Source of the DNA: a virus
Lineage: Duplodnaviria > Caudoviricetes
DNA length: 31,135 bases
IMG/VR virus record: IMGVR_UViG_3300017780_000967
Coordinates: 1-31,135 of that record
Strand: one strand, 5' to 3'
Of this stretch, positions 1-7,435 are shown piece after piece. Made by a program: the position numbers and the translations under genes. A model generated the notes under the pieces. The model saw nothing but the letters and a program-made list of their open reading frames with translations, searched no databases and was not told the DNA's origin. Position 1 is the stretch's first letter, and every line of letters starts with the position of its first letter.

Positions 1-763
1 CATAAGGGTGTGCCCAATTAGATTGGTTATCTTGAATAATCGTAGCATTCTTGAGGTCATCTTCTGTCTGATGCATAATGATGTGTTGCTTGAAGTTGTA
101 ACTATGAATGTGAGTATTGCCATTATCGTTATCATCATCATTCTCATGATAGTGCTCATCATCATTAATGTTTCTGTCGGTATCGCACTCATCGCAATAC
201 CTATAGTTACTATCGTAACAACTTTCGCACACGACACGGTCACCATACTCCACGTTGTTACCTGATTCGTTGTCGCAATCGTAATGATTGTCACAATCCT
301 CACACCTGTAGAAGTGATTATCTCTACACTCTACACAGACAGTAACATCGTCTATGACATAACCTACTAGCCTTAGGTCAGTCTCATGCGACATAACAGA
401 TGGATTCTTTTCTTCACCATCACTACCCATGAAAAAGTAAGTGTAACTACTGTTGCCAAGAAAGATAGGTATGGCACTACCACAAGGGTCATCGCCACCA
501 TAACGGTCATACTCACATACCTTAGAGTGTTCGTGACACAGATAACCAAATGATGCATCTGCATCACTTTGACGTAAGAGATTGTAGACCCTGCTGTTAG
601 GACCTATCTTTCTTAACTCACTTAATGGCTTAAGGCTAGTGTCTGTTGGTGTCAAGCCATTTCTATGGAGGCTATAACAATGCACACAGTAACCTTTCTC
701 CACCTCAACAGAAGTATCGTGCACGATACTTTCATCGAATGGTATTACAGTTATGTTAGGCAT
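1..763 (-). CDS. Putative amidoligase (COOH-NH2 ligase) family protein, N-terminal Cys-rich part; runs off the window edge
   Basis: Not in the ORF track. ATG at 763 with SD AAGGAG (771-776); frame is open to base 1. Translation: MPNITVIPFDESIVHDT...CVHC...CVEC...CEDC...CESC...CDEC...HIHSYNFKQ. Repeated CxxC followed by IHxYxxK is the layout I recall preceding the catalytic domain in phage amidoligases. The catalytic domain itself is not in the window. Confidence 0.6.
   Translation of the reverse strand, partial: MPNITVIPFDESIVHDTSVEVEKGYCVHCYSLHRNGLTPTDTSLKPLSELRKIGPNSRVYNLLRQSDADASFGYLCHEHSKVCEYDRYGGDDPCGSAIPIFLGNSSYTYFFMGSDGEEKNPSVMSHETDLRLVGYVIDDVTVCVECRDNHFYRCEDCDNHYDCDNESGNNVEYGDRVVCESCYDSNYRYCDECDTDRNINDDEHYHENDDDNDNGNTHIHSYNFKQHIIMHQTEDDLKNATIIQDNQSNWAHPY
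713..730. promoter_or_regulatory. Palindromic motif AGTRTCGYNNACGAYACT, copy 1
   Basis: aagtatcgtgcacgatactt (712-731) is a perfect 20-bp palindrome. Confidence 0.65.
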
Positions 764-816
764 AACCTAACTCCTTCCTGTTTGATGTCACACGACCATC
801 GTGATGACATACGTCT

Positions 817-845
817 ATCTTACTACACATCATGTGCTTAGTCAA
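817..845 (-). promoter_or_regulatory. Sigma70/SigA-type early promoter
   Basis: Minus strand TTGACT-N17-TAAGAT upstream of the ORF starting at 763. Confidence 0.7.
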
Positions 846-1014
846 GCCCAGATGGTTCTTCAGTATCTATCTCGTCAGAAATTAAGACATTAAGGGATAA
901 CTCATCATCTTCCTCAATATCTTCATAGTAATCCTGACTTAGCGACACAGCCCTACCCCTTACAGCGTAGCCGTGTGCATCGTCATTGTATACAATCGCG
1001 TACATTTCAGTCAT
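838..1014 (-). CDS. Small acidic hypothetical protein (58 aa)
   Basis: MTEMYAIVYNDDAHGYAVRGRAVSLSQDYYEDIEEDDELSLNVLISDEIDTEEPSGLD*; AGGA upstream; fills the gap in the leftward gene string. Confidence 0.65.
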   Translation of the reverse strand: MTEMYAIVYNDDAHGYAVRGRAVSLSQDYYEDIEEDDELSLNVLISDEIDTEEPSGLD

Positions 1015-1027
1015 TTAATTCCTAGGT

Positions 1028-1207
1028 TCATGGTAACTTACTCAACTTTCCTTGGTTAATCCACTCGCGTTCGAGTTGGTCATAGATAGGGGTATCTTTA
1101 TCAGTACCCGACCAGCCCAACTCTGCATGGCTTGCAGGTGTAAGCCCATTCATGTAGTCGCGCCAATCCTTAAGGAACGAAACCATTTCTTTTAATGTAG
1201 TACTCAT
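1028..1207 (-). CDS. Small hypothetical protein (59 aa)
   Basis: MSTTLKEMVSFLKDWRDYMNGLTPASHAELGWSGTDKDTPIYDQLEREWINQGKLSKLP*; strong SD GAGGAGG. Confidence 0.75.
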   Translation of the reverse strand: MSTTLKEMVSFLKDWRDYMNGLTPASHAELGWSGTDKDTPIYDQLEREWINQGKLSKLP

Positions 1208-1209
1208 AC

Positions 1210-1329
1210 TTATTCCTCCTCTTGTTCGTTGTCAAGCACAGCAAACAACTCTACTTGACAGTTATTACATACGACCTTTACCAATGGGTAACTGGTCGAA
1301 TCTAGGTGTGTCATCTGATGGTCACACAT
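1210..1329 (-). CDS. Possible 39-aa Cys-containing microprotein
   Basis: MCDHQMTHLDSTSYPLVKVVCNNCQVELFAVLDNEQEEE*; start overlaps the upstream gene end and the ORF fills the gap. Confidence 0.45.
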   Translation of the reverse strand: MCDHQMTHLDSTSYPLVKVVCNNCQVELFAVLDNEQEEE

Positions 1330-1525
1330 TGGAAAGCACCTGCGATGGCTTCATAGGTGCGGGGACAGGCTCAAGGTAAGAGCGTTGCCATTCGTGGTTT
1401 GACTTGTGATTATTCCACCAGTACAGGGCATTGGATAGGTGTCTAGTATTCACACTAGTCCACTCACACTCATTACACACAGCACGATAAGGCTCGTGCG
1501 TGAGTATGTCAATAGTGATTTCCAT
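1322..1525 (-). CDS. Small C2H2-like zinc-finger protein (67 aa)
   Basis: CNEC...HKSNH pattern; SD GGAGG; TAATG coupling with the upstream ORF. Confidence 0.65.
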   Translation of the reverse strand: MEITIDILTHEPYRAVCNECEWTSVNTRHLSNALYWWNNHKSNHEWQRSYLEPVPAPMKPSQVLSNV

Positions 1526-1677
1526 TACACATACACCTCCGTCATATCCTCAGCACACTCATCAGAGCACACATAGACCTCCCTATCCCCAATCATGTAG
1601 GGATAGTCGTCCTCGACACTCATAGCATCTTTACAAAAGAAACAATGAGCCACTAGATTCTGAAATAGAATTGTCAT
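1525..1677 (-). CDS. 50-aa TRASH/YHS-like metal-binding microprotein
   Basis: MTILFQNLVAHCFFCKDAMSVEDDYPYMIGDREVYVCSDECAEDMTEVYV* (CxxC...YVCSxxC); ATGA overlap upstream, TAATG overlap downstream; SD GAGG. Confidence 0.7.
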   Translation of the reverse strand: MTILFQNLVAHCFFCKDAMSVEDDYPYMIGDREVYVCSDECAEDMTEVYV

Positions 1678-1874
1678 TCGGTCACCTCACTAATAGCATT
1701 CTCAACACGTTCGCGGTACTCTAGCCCGTCAGCACTATCGCTGATAGCACCAACAATTTCTAGAGCAACAAGATACAGACCAACCTCAAATTCCTTGTAG
1801 TTGATGCGTTTTTGGTCGTGACTTTCGAGCAGGGATATGATACGCCCTGCCTGCTTACTTGCATAATTAGTCAT
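1674..1874 (-). CDS. Hypothetical protein (66 aa)
   Basis: Track ORF 1674..1922. Preferred start is ATG at 1874 (MTNYASKQ...), which follows GGTGG and overlaps the upstream stop (ATGACTAA). Confidence 0.7.
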   Translation of the reverse strand: MTNYASKQAGRIISLLESHDQKRINYKEFEVGLYLVALEIVGAISDSADGLEYRERVENAISEVTE

Positions 1875-2157
1875 TGCCACCACCGTAAGACTTCCATAGT
1901 TCGTAGTATGAATAAGGGTCAATAGTGTCGTCTACGACACTCTCTTGAATCTCAACTACCTTGATAATGGTAGCATCGAAACGAGTTGTAACACGACCGC
2001 CCGAGGCAGGTCGAGACATAGGTCGCTTGGGAGTCTTACCCTTACGAGCATCTACGATAGATGTGGACTTAATCACACCACGAGTACGTGGCTCATACTT
2101 CTTGGCTTTCTGGGGGGTCTGACCCTCAGCCAAGTAGTTCCTGTGTTTCCTTGTCAC
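1867..2157 (-). CDS. Basic hypothetical protein (96 aa), first gene of the leftward early operon
   Basis: Track ORF 1867..2187. Preferred start is GTG at 2157, after SD AGAAAGGA. Confidence 0.65.
   Translation of the reverse strand: MTRKHRNYLAEGQTPQKAKKYEPRTRGVIKSTSIVDARKGKTPKRPMSRPASGGRVTTRFDATIIKVVEIQESVVDDTIDPYSYYELWKSYGGGND
1924..1941. promoter_or_regulatory. Palindromic motif, copy 2
   Basis: agtgtcgtctacgacact. Confidence 0.6.
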
Positions 2158-2175
2158 TTCAGTTTCCTTTCTAAA

Positions 2176-2193
2176 AGTGTCGCACACGATACT
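2176..2193. promoter_or_regulatory. Palindromic motif, copy 3 (5' UTR, next to the SD)
   Basis: agtgtcgcacacgatact, lying between promoter 2239-2267 and the RBS of the 2157 gene. Confidence 0.65.
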
Positions 2194-2238
2194 TTCGAGT
2201 ACGAGTTATACTTTCGTATAACTAACTGTCGTACCTCC

Positions 2239-2267
2239 AGTTTACTACAAAACGCCTGCTATGTCAA
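2239..2267 (-). promoter_or_regulatory. Sigma70/SigA-type early promoter
   Basis: Minus strand TTGACA-N17-TAAACT; shares GGGCTTGAC and TGTAGTAA context with the promoter at 817-845. Confidence 0.75.
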
Positions 2268-2326
2268 GCCCAAAGGGTCTTTAAGTGCTTCCCGGATAGT
2301 CTTTAAGTGACTATAATCCTGCTAGC

Positions 2327-2356
2327 CACACACACGCACACACACATACATACATA
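2327..2356. repeat. 30-bp alternating pyrimidine-purine (CA/TA) tract
   Basis: cacacacacgcacacacacatacatacata. Confidence 0.8.
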
Positions 2357-2397
2357 GTTTGTGGCGGGCGTAAGCACCCCTGCCTGTGGGTACTGGC

Positions 2398-2422
2398 TTG
2401 ACGGTACTGATAGAATAGTAAT
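2398..2422 (+). promoter_or_regulatory. Probable rightward early promoter
   Basis: GGCTTGAC and TAGTAA as in the other two promoters, but with shorter spacing. An extended -10 TGnTAGAAT is present at 2408-2416. The exact elements are uncertain. Confidence 0.45.
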
Positions 2423-2468
2423 AGGAAGTTGGATAGTCCAACAACCTGTTAGAGGAAGGTTAGTCACA

Positions 2469-3140
2469 ATGACTACGAAACAGAAAACGCAAGAGGTAGT
2501 TACTGATGTAACTATTGCAAGCGCAACTGTCGTGTCGGATACAAGTGTCGTACACGATACTTTTAACGCTCACGATGTTGCAATTAAGTTGCAAGAGATT
2601 ACAGACAAGGCAAACAAAAGTATTGCGAAAGAATTATACGCGGTGCTTGTGAATGTTGATGAGTCAAAGTCTGCGCGTGAAATTGCGCGTGAATGGTTAG
2701 AGATTGAAAACACTAACGCGCCGAAAGATAATGTTGATTCACTTACTGAATGGTTAGTGACTCAAGCGATGGCGTACAGAGTGTTTGCGGTACTCAATGC
2801 AAACAAGGCAACGGGTGAACGCACTACATTTGAAAAGTGCGTTAAGGCACTCAACAATGGCACCAATAAAAACGGAATAACGAAAGCATTTGCTAAGTCG
2901 TGCAAGGTTGGCGATGAGTTGCCTGCTAACTTGAAACTAAGTGAGTCGGAAACCGCAAGCGCATCAAGTCGCAACACTAAGTCGAACGATGACAAGATAG
3001 CGAACGACTTAGACAACTTGTTTAAGCACCTAGTGATGGGTGACTTGAATACTTTCAAGTATGTAAGTGTTCAATTAAGTAACCGAATGAAAGATACTAA
3101 AGCGTTACTTGAATCTAACGCTATCGCATTAAAGGCATAG
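2469..3140 (+). CDS. Orphan hypothetical protein (223 aa)
   Basis: Track ORF 2361..3140. Preferred start is ATG at 2469, after AGGAAGG. Followed by a terminator. No recognised motif. Confidence 0.8.
   Translation: MTTKQKTQEVVTDVTIASATVVSDTSVVHDTFNAHDVAIKLQEITDKANKSIAKELYAVLVNVDESKSAREIAREWLEIENTNAPKDNVDSLTEWLVTQAMAYRVFAVLNANKATGERTTFEKCVKALNNGTNKNGITKAFAKSCKVGDELPANLKLSESETASASSRNTKSNDDKIANDLDNLFKHLVMGDLNTFKYVSVQLSNRMKDTKALLESNAIALKA
2544..2561. promoter_or_regulatory. Palindromic motif, copy 4
   Basis: agtgtcgtacacgatact, preceded by a degenerate tandem copy (actgtcgtgtcggataca). Confidence 0.6.
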
Positions 3141-3154
3141 TGCATTAAAGGATT

Positions 3155-3190
3155 ACCCCGTACCGTAATTGGTGCGGGGTTTTTCTTTTT
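3155..3190 (+). terminator. Rho-independent terminator
   Basis: accccgtacc-gtaatt-ggtgcggggt stem-loop followed by TTTTCTTTTT. Confidence 0.85.
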
Positions 3191-3542
3191 GTCTAATTGG
3201 TTGTGTATCTGCAACAAGGGGCAAGGTGGGTGGGGGTCGGTGCGGAAAGCCATGAACGAGACAGTCTGTACCACAAACAAACCTATCGTTTGACCGCACC
3301 AATGGTTAATTTGCCTTGTACTACCATATAATTACTCTGGTTTACATTTTTGCAGGTTGTTTAGTTATGCCTCTTTTTCATAATTGCTGGTTTTAAAGGG
3401 TTTTTAAAATATTTTTATATTATTTTGGTAACGAATCGTTACGGGGTATCTTGTAATGGGGTTAGTATATATGTAGGGTTTTTCTTACGGCAGTCTTTGT
3501 GGACTGCCTTGTTGTTATAGATGTTGTTTGAGAGGTGTTCCG

Positions 3543-5417
3543 GTGGCGGCAAAAAGCGGTGCAATGCACCATACCCGCGTTAAGCAAGCCGCGGACCAGC
3601 AAAGACTATTAGAACTAGTCTCTGAAGGTATTACCGCAGTAGAGGCTATCGCTATTGTAGGTCGTAAGCCCGAGGCTTTAAAAGAATGGCTTTCTGACCC
3701 TAAGTTCGCCGCAGCCCTTGAAGATGCCGCGACGATTGGATCCAATTCCATAGTAGCGTCTCTGGACTCTACATCTAAGTATACTATTGATTTTGCTACG
3801 TTTTCCGAAGAGTTCCTGAATATGAAGGTTTTTCCTCATCAGCAGGATTGGATTGATATCCTAGAAGGTTATGAACCATCATGGCTCCACGAGTCCATGG
3901 TTTATGAATTATCTGACCCTAACCGCCTCCTAGTAAACGTACCCCCCGAACACGCCAAATCCACGGTACTAACGGTTAACTACTCCGTATACCGTATCTG
4001 CATGGACCCTAACGTACGTATCGTTATAGCCTCCCAAACGCAGACCCGCGCCAAAGAATTCCTTTATTCTATTAAACAACGCCTAACTGAACCCCAGTGG
4101 GCTAAGTTACAGCAAGTGTACGGTCCCTCAGAGGGCTACAAGGCTACTGCAGACCAGTGGACCCAGGACCGTATCTACCTCGAAAGATCATCGGGGGAAA
4201 AGGACCCTACTGTTCAAGCCTTGGGTATTGGACAGCAGATTTATGGTACCCGTGCGGACCTTATCATCTTGGATGATATTGTTACAACCAGTAACGCCCA
4301 TGAGTGGGAAAAACAGATGAACTGGTTACAGAAGATGGTTGTTACCCGTCTCGGTAAGAACGGTAAACTCATCATTGCTGGCACGCGCGTATCGTCCGTA
4401 GACTTTTATAAAGAACTCCGCAACCCAGACCACTGGGCTCAGGGAAGAACCCCATTCACCTACTTGTGTATGCCAGCCGTATTAGAGTTTGCAGATGAGC
4501 CCGAAGATTGGGTAACTCTGTGGGAAGCCTCTGACCGCCCTTGGGACGGTGAAGATACAACCCAGCCAGATGAGTATGGGTTATACCCTAAGTGGAATGG
4601 ACGACAGTTATACAGGCGACGTGGCGAGGTATCCGCTTCCACGTGGGCTCTGGTATACCAACAGCAGGACGTTGAGGAAGATGCGGTGTTTCCACCGCTA
4701 GTGGTCAATGGGTGCATCAATCGTATGCGCAAGCCCGGACCTATCCGTCCTGGAGCCCCCGGTCATCCATCAGGCGGTCATTGGACTATCATTATGGGTC
4801 TAGACCCTGCTATGTCAGGTAAGACCGCGGCTATCATGTATGCTGTTGATAGAGATACTGGCGAACGCATGATCTTGGATTGCTACAATATGGGCGATCC
4901 TACACCACAGAAGATTCGATCTCTCATTGAAGACTGGGTAGATCGTTACCGACCCGTAGAAATACGCATTGAAATCAATGCACATCAGAAACACTATGCC
5001 CTAGACACAGAATTCCGTCAATGGCTCGCCTCTCGTGGTGTACGCTTCAGTGAACACTTTACTGGCAAGAATAAATGGGATACTGCATTTGGTGTAGCGG
5101 CTATGTCGCAACTAATGGGTACCTTAAGAGACGGTAAGTTCCAAGAAGATAACATTCTTGAACTGCCAGATAACGTAAATGAACACACAAAGGCTTTAGT
5201 TAACCAATTAATCACCTGGAAGGCTGATACCAAGGGTCCAACCGACCTTGTTATGGCTTTGTGGTTCTGTGAAATTAGAGCACAAGAGATGGTTCGCGCA
5301 GGAAGTAACGTGCGACACCACATGGATAATAGACATATTACAAGAAGGCAAGCAAATAACCGTATGGTTGTTAATCTTGACGATCTTGCCGAGCAACGAG
5401 AAGTAATTTTCTTATAA
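3543..5417 (+). CDS. terL: Terminase large subunit with N-terminal HTH-like extension
   Basis: Walker A VNVPPEHAKST, Walker B LIILDD, nuclease IMGLDPA and DLVMALWF. Likely GTG start at 3543 after GAGAGG (the track gives 3528). Confidence 0.93.
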   Translation: MAAKSGAMHHTRVKQAADQQRLLELVSEGITAVEAIAIVGRKPEALKEWLSDPKFAAALEDAATIGSNSIVASLDSTSKYTIDFATFSEEFLNMKVFPHQQDWIDILEGYEPSWLHESMVYELSDPNRLLVNVPPEHAKSTVLTVNYSVYRICMDPNVRIVIASQTQTRAKEFLYSIKQRLTEPQWAKLQQVYGPSEGYKATADQWTQDRIYLERSSGEKDPTVQALGIGQQIYGTRADLIILDDIVTTSNAHEWEKQMNWLQKMVVTRLGKNGKLIIAGTRVSSVDFYKELRNPDHWAQGRTPFTYLCMPAVLEFADEPEDWVTLWEASDRPWDGEDTTQPDEYGLYPKWNGRQLYRRRGEVSASTWALVYQQQDVEEDAVFPPLVVNGCINRMRKPGPIRPGAPGHPSGGHWTIIMGLDPAMSGKTAAIMYAVDRDTGERMILDCYNMGDPTPQKIRSLIEDWVDRYRPVEIRIEINAHQKHYALDTEFRQWLASRGVRFSEHFTGKNKWDTAFGVAAMSQLMGTLRDGKFQEDNILELPDNVNEHTKALVNQLITWKADTKGPTDLVMALWFCEIRAQEMVRAGSNVRHHMDNRHITRRQANNRMVVNLDDLAEQREVIFL

Positions 5418-5425
5418 GGATTTTG

Positions 5426-7183
5426 ATGTTAACAGTTGAACAGATTTCAGACAAAGTAGAGGTTCTTAAGCAACGCTACTTTGAACGAGATAGCCGAATG
5501 AGCATTGTTCTCGATGTACGTCGTGGTAATATTGATGCTGTCGCACCTGATATGTTCCCTGAAGGCTCTAGTAAGTCAATGGTTGCTAACTTTATTGACG
5601 TTGCAGCCCGGGATATCTCAGAAGTTCTAGCCCCGTTACCTTCATTCAACTGCTCAACAGTTAATGTAAACAATGATCGCTCTAAAAAGAAGGCTGATAA
5701 GCGTTCTGTTATTGCGAACAACTACGTACAGAGTAGTCGCTTGCAGACACAAATGTACGTTGGTGCAGACTGGTATTTAACATACGGCTTCTTGCCAATT
5801 ATTATTGAACCAGACTTTGAAAATCTTATGCCACGAATTCGCGTAGAAAACCCACTAGGTGCTTACCCAGAGTTTGACCGCTACGGCAGAATCGTGTCAT
5901 ATACCAAAAGGTATCGTAAGACACTTCGTGAACTCATTGTAGAGTTCCCGGAATACGAGACCCAAATCCTTGGACGTGACGGACGTACAGGAAAAGACCT
6001 TAACTCAATTATGGAAATGATCCGTTATGAGGACAAGGACCAAGTAGTTCTATTCTTGCCAGAGCGCGATAATCTACCATTACGTAAGGCTAATAATCCT
6101 CTTGGCAAGTTAATGGTCTATGTTGCACGTCGTCCAGGAATTGACCCAGAAGATCCACGAGGACAGTTTGACGATGTTATTTTCCCACAAATTGCTAGAT
6201 CGAGGTTTGCCTCTCTTGCAATGGACGCAGCAGAAAAATCCGTTAACGCTCCATTCGCTGTTCCTAACGATGTCCAAGAGTTCGCATTCGGACCAGACTC
6301 TATTCTACGATCTTCAAACCCAGCAGGAATCCGCCGAGTAGGACTTGAACTTCCTACTGCTGCTTTCACAGAACAATCAATTCTTGAAAAAGAAATCCGT
6401 ATGGGTGCAAGATACCCAGAAGGACGCTCAGGAAACATTGATGCAAACATCATTACTGGTTCTGGAGTGCAGGCACTTCTTGGTGGGTTTGATACTCAAG
6501 TTAAAGCAGGACAACAAATCCTTGCTGAGGCATTTGAAGAAGTTATTAGTCTAGCCTTTGAAATGGACGAGCGTCTATTCAATAAAATGAAGAAGATTAC
6601 CGGAACACACTCTGGTGCTTCTTACGAAATTGAATACCAACCGTCAAAGGATATTTCTGGCGACTACACAATTCAAGTACGCTACGGTCTTATGGCTGGA
6701 CTTGATCCTAACCGTGCCCTTATCTTTAGCCTTCAGGCTTTGCAAGCAGGACTTGTATCGCGCGACTTTGTAATGCGCGAACTACCTTGGACTATGAACG
6801 TCTCTGGTGAACAAGAACGTATTGATATTGAAAAAATGCGAGATTCTCTTGCTCAGTCACTATCTGCTACCGCACAAGCAATTCCGCAGATGGCATCACA
6901 GGGACAAGACCCATCTGAACTTATTCTTAAAATTGCTGAAGTTATTAAAGAACGTCGCAATGGAACTAACATTGAAGATGCTGTATCCAAGGCGTTCCCT
7001 ACTCCTGCCCCTGTAGCACCTCTTGCACCTGCTCCTATGCCTCCTGATCAAATGATGGCAGCAATGGGTGGAATGCCTGAGGGCATGGCTCCTGAGCAAC
7101 CTCTGGCTGAACAAGTAGCCCCTGGTGGTCAACCACCTATGGGTCTAGAACAGATTCTAGCCGGTATGGGTGGTGGAATGTAA
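5426..7183 (+). CDS. Portal (head-tail connector) protein
   Basis: ~585 aa directly after terminase; helical; Pro/Met/Gly low-complexity C-terminal tail typical of podovirus portals; SD TAAGGA. Confidence 0.88.
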   Translation: MLTVEQISDKVEVLKQRYFERDSRMSIVLDVRRGNIDAVAPDMFPEGSSKSMVANFIDVAARDISEVLAPLPSFNCSTVNVNNDRSKKKADKRSVIANNYVQSSRLQTQMYVGADWYLTYGFLPIIIEPDFENLMPRIRVENPLGAYPEFDRYGRIVSYTKRYRKTLRELIVEFPEYETQILGRDGRTGKDLNSIMEMIRYEDKDQVVLFLPERDNLPLRKANNPLGKLMVYVARRPGIDPEDPRGQFDDVIFPQIARSRFASLAMDAAEKSVNAPFAVPNDVQEFAFGPDSILRSSNPAGIRRVGLELPTAAFTEQSILEKEIRMGARYPEGRSGNIDANIITGSGVQALLGGFDTQVKAGQQILAEAFEEVISLAFEMDERLFNKMKKITGTHSGASYEIEYQPSKDISGDYTIQVRYGLMAGLDPNRALIFSLQALQAGLVSRDFVMRELPWTMNVSGEQERIDIEKMRDSLAQSLSATAQAIPQMASQGQDPSELILKIAEVIKERRNGTNIEDAVSKAFPTPAPVAPLAPAPMPPDQMMAAMGGMPEGMAPEQPLAEQVAPGGQPPMGLEQILAGMGGGM

Positions 7184-7434
7184 TGGCAAATAAACCATTA
7201 GATCCAAAGGGTGTTCAAAACTTTGTAACTGCAGCCCGTAGAACAAAACTACAAGCAGACCTTGCTAAACAAATGAGACAAGATAGAAATCTTGCTAAGG
7301 CTGTAAAATTAAAAAAAGAAGCCAATAGAAAGACCATTCAAAAAAGGGCTGCTATAAATAAGCAAAAAGCCAGCAAGGGCGGCGGCGTAATACACGGCGT
7401 ACAATTCGGAAAGACAAAGCCAAAGGGTAAATAA
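7183..7434 (+). CDS. Small highly basic protein (83 aa)
   Basis: Lys/Arg/Ala-rich; TAATG overlap with the portal stop. Confidence 0.75.
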   Translation: MANKPLDPKGVQNFVTAARRTKLQADLAKQMRQDRNLAKAVKLKKEANRKTIQKRAAINKQKASKGGGVIHGVQFGKTKPKGK

Positions 7435-7435
7435 C

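Noticed and set aside
8-567. Track ORFs 8..265 (+, hydrophobic) and 373..567 (-)
   Set aside because: Both are shadow frames of the long minus-strand ORF starting at 763. The hydrophobicity comes from reading Asp/Asn codons antisense.
1207-1235. TTGACA on the minus strand as an additional early promoter
   Set aside because: No TANNNT at 16-18 nt spacing, and it lies within coding and RBS sequence.
2195-2238. Two GAAA-containing stems in the early leader considered as a hammerhead ribozyme
   Set aside because: No CUGANGA core is present; treated as a simple 5' hairpin.
1945-2310. 121-aa plus-strand ORF
   Set aside because: Antisense to the early operon, crosses its promoter, and has no SD.
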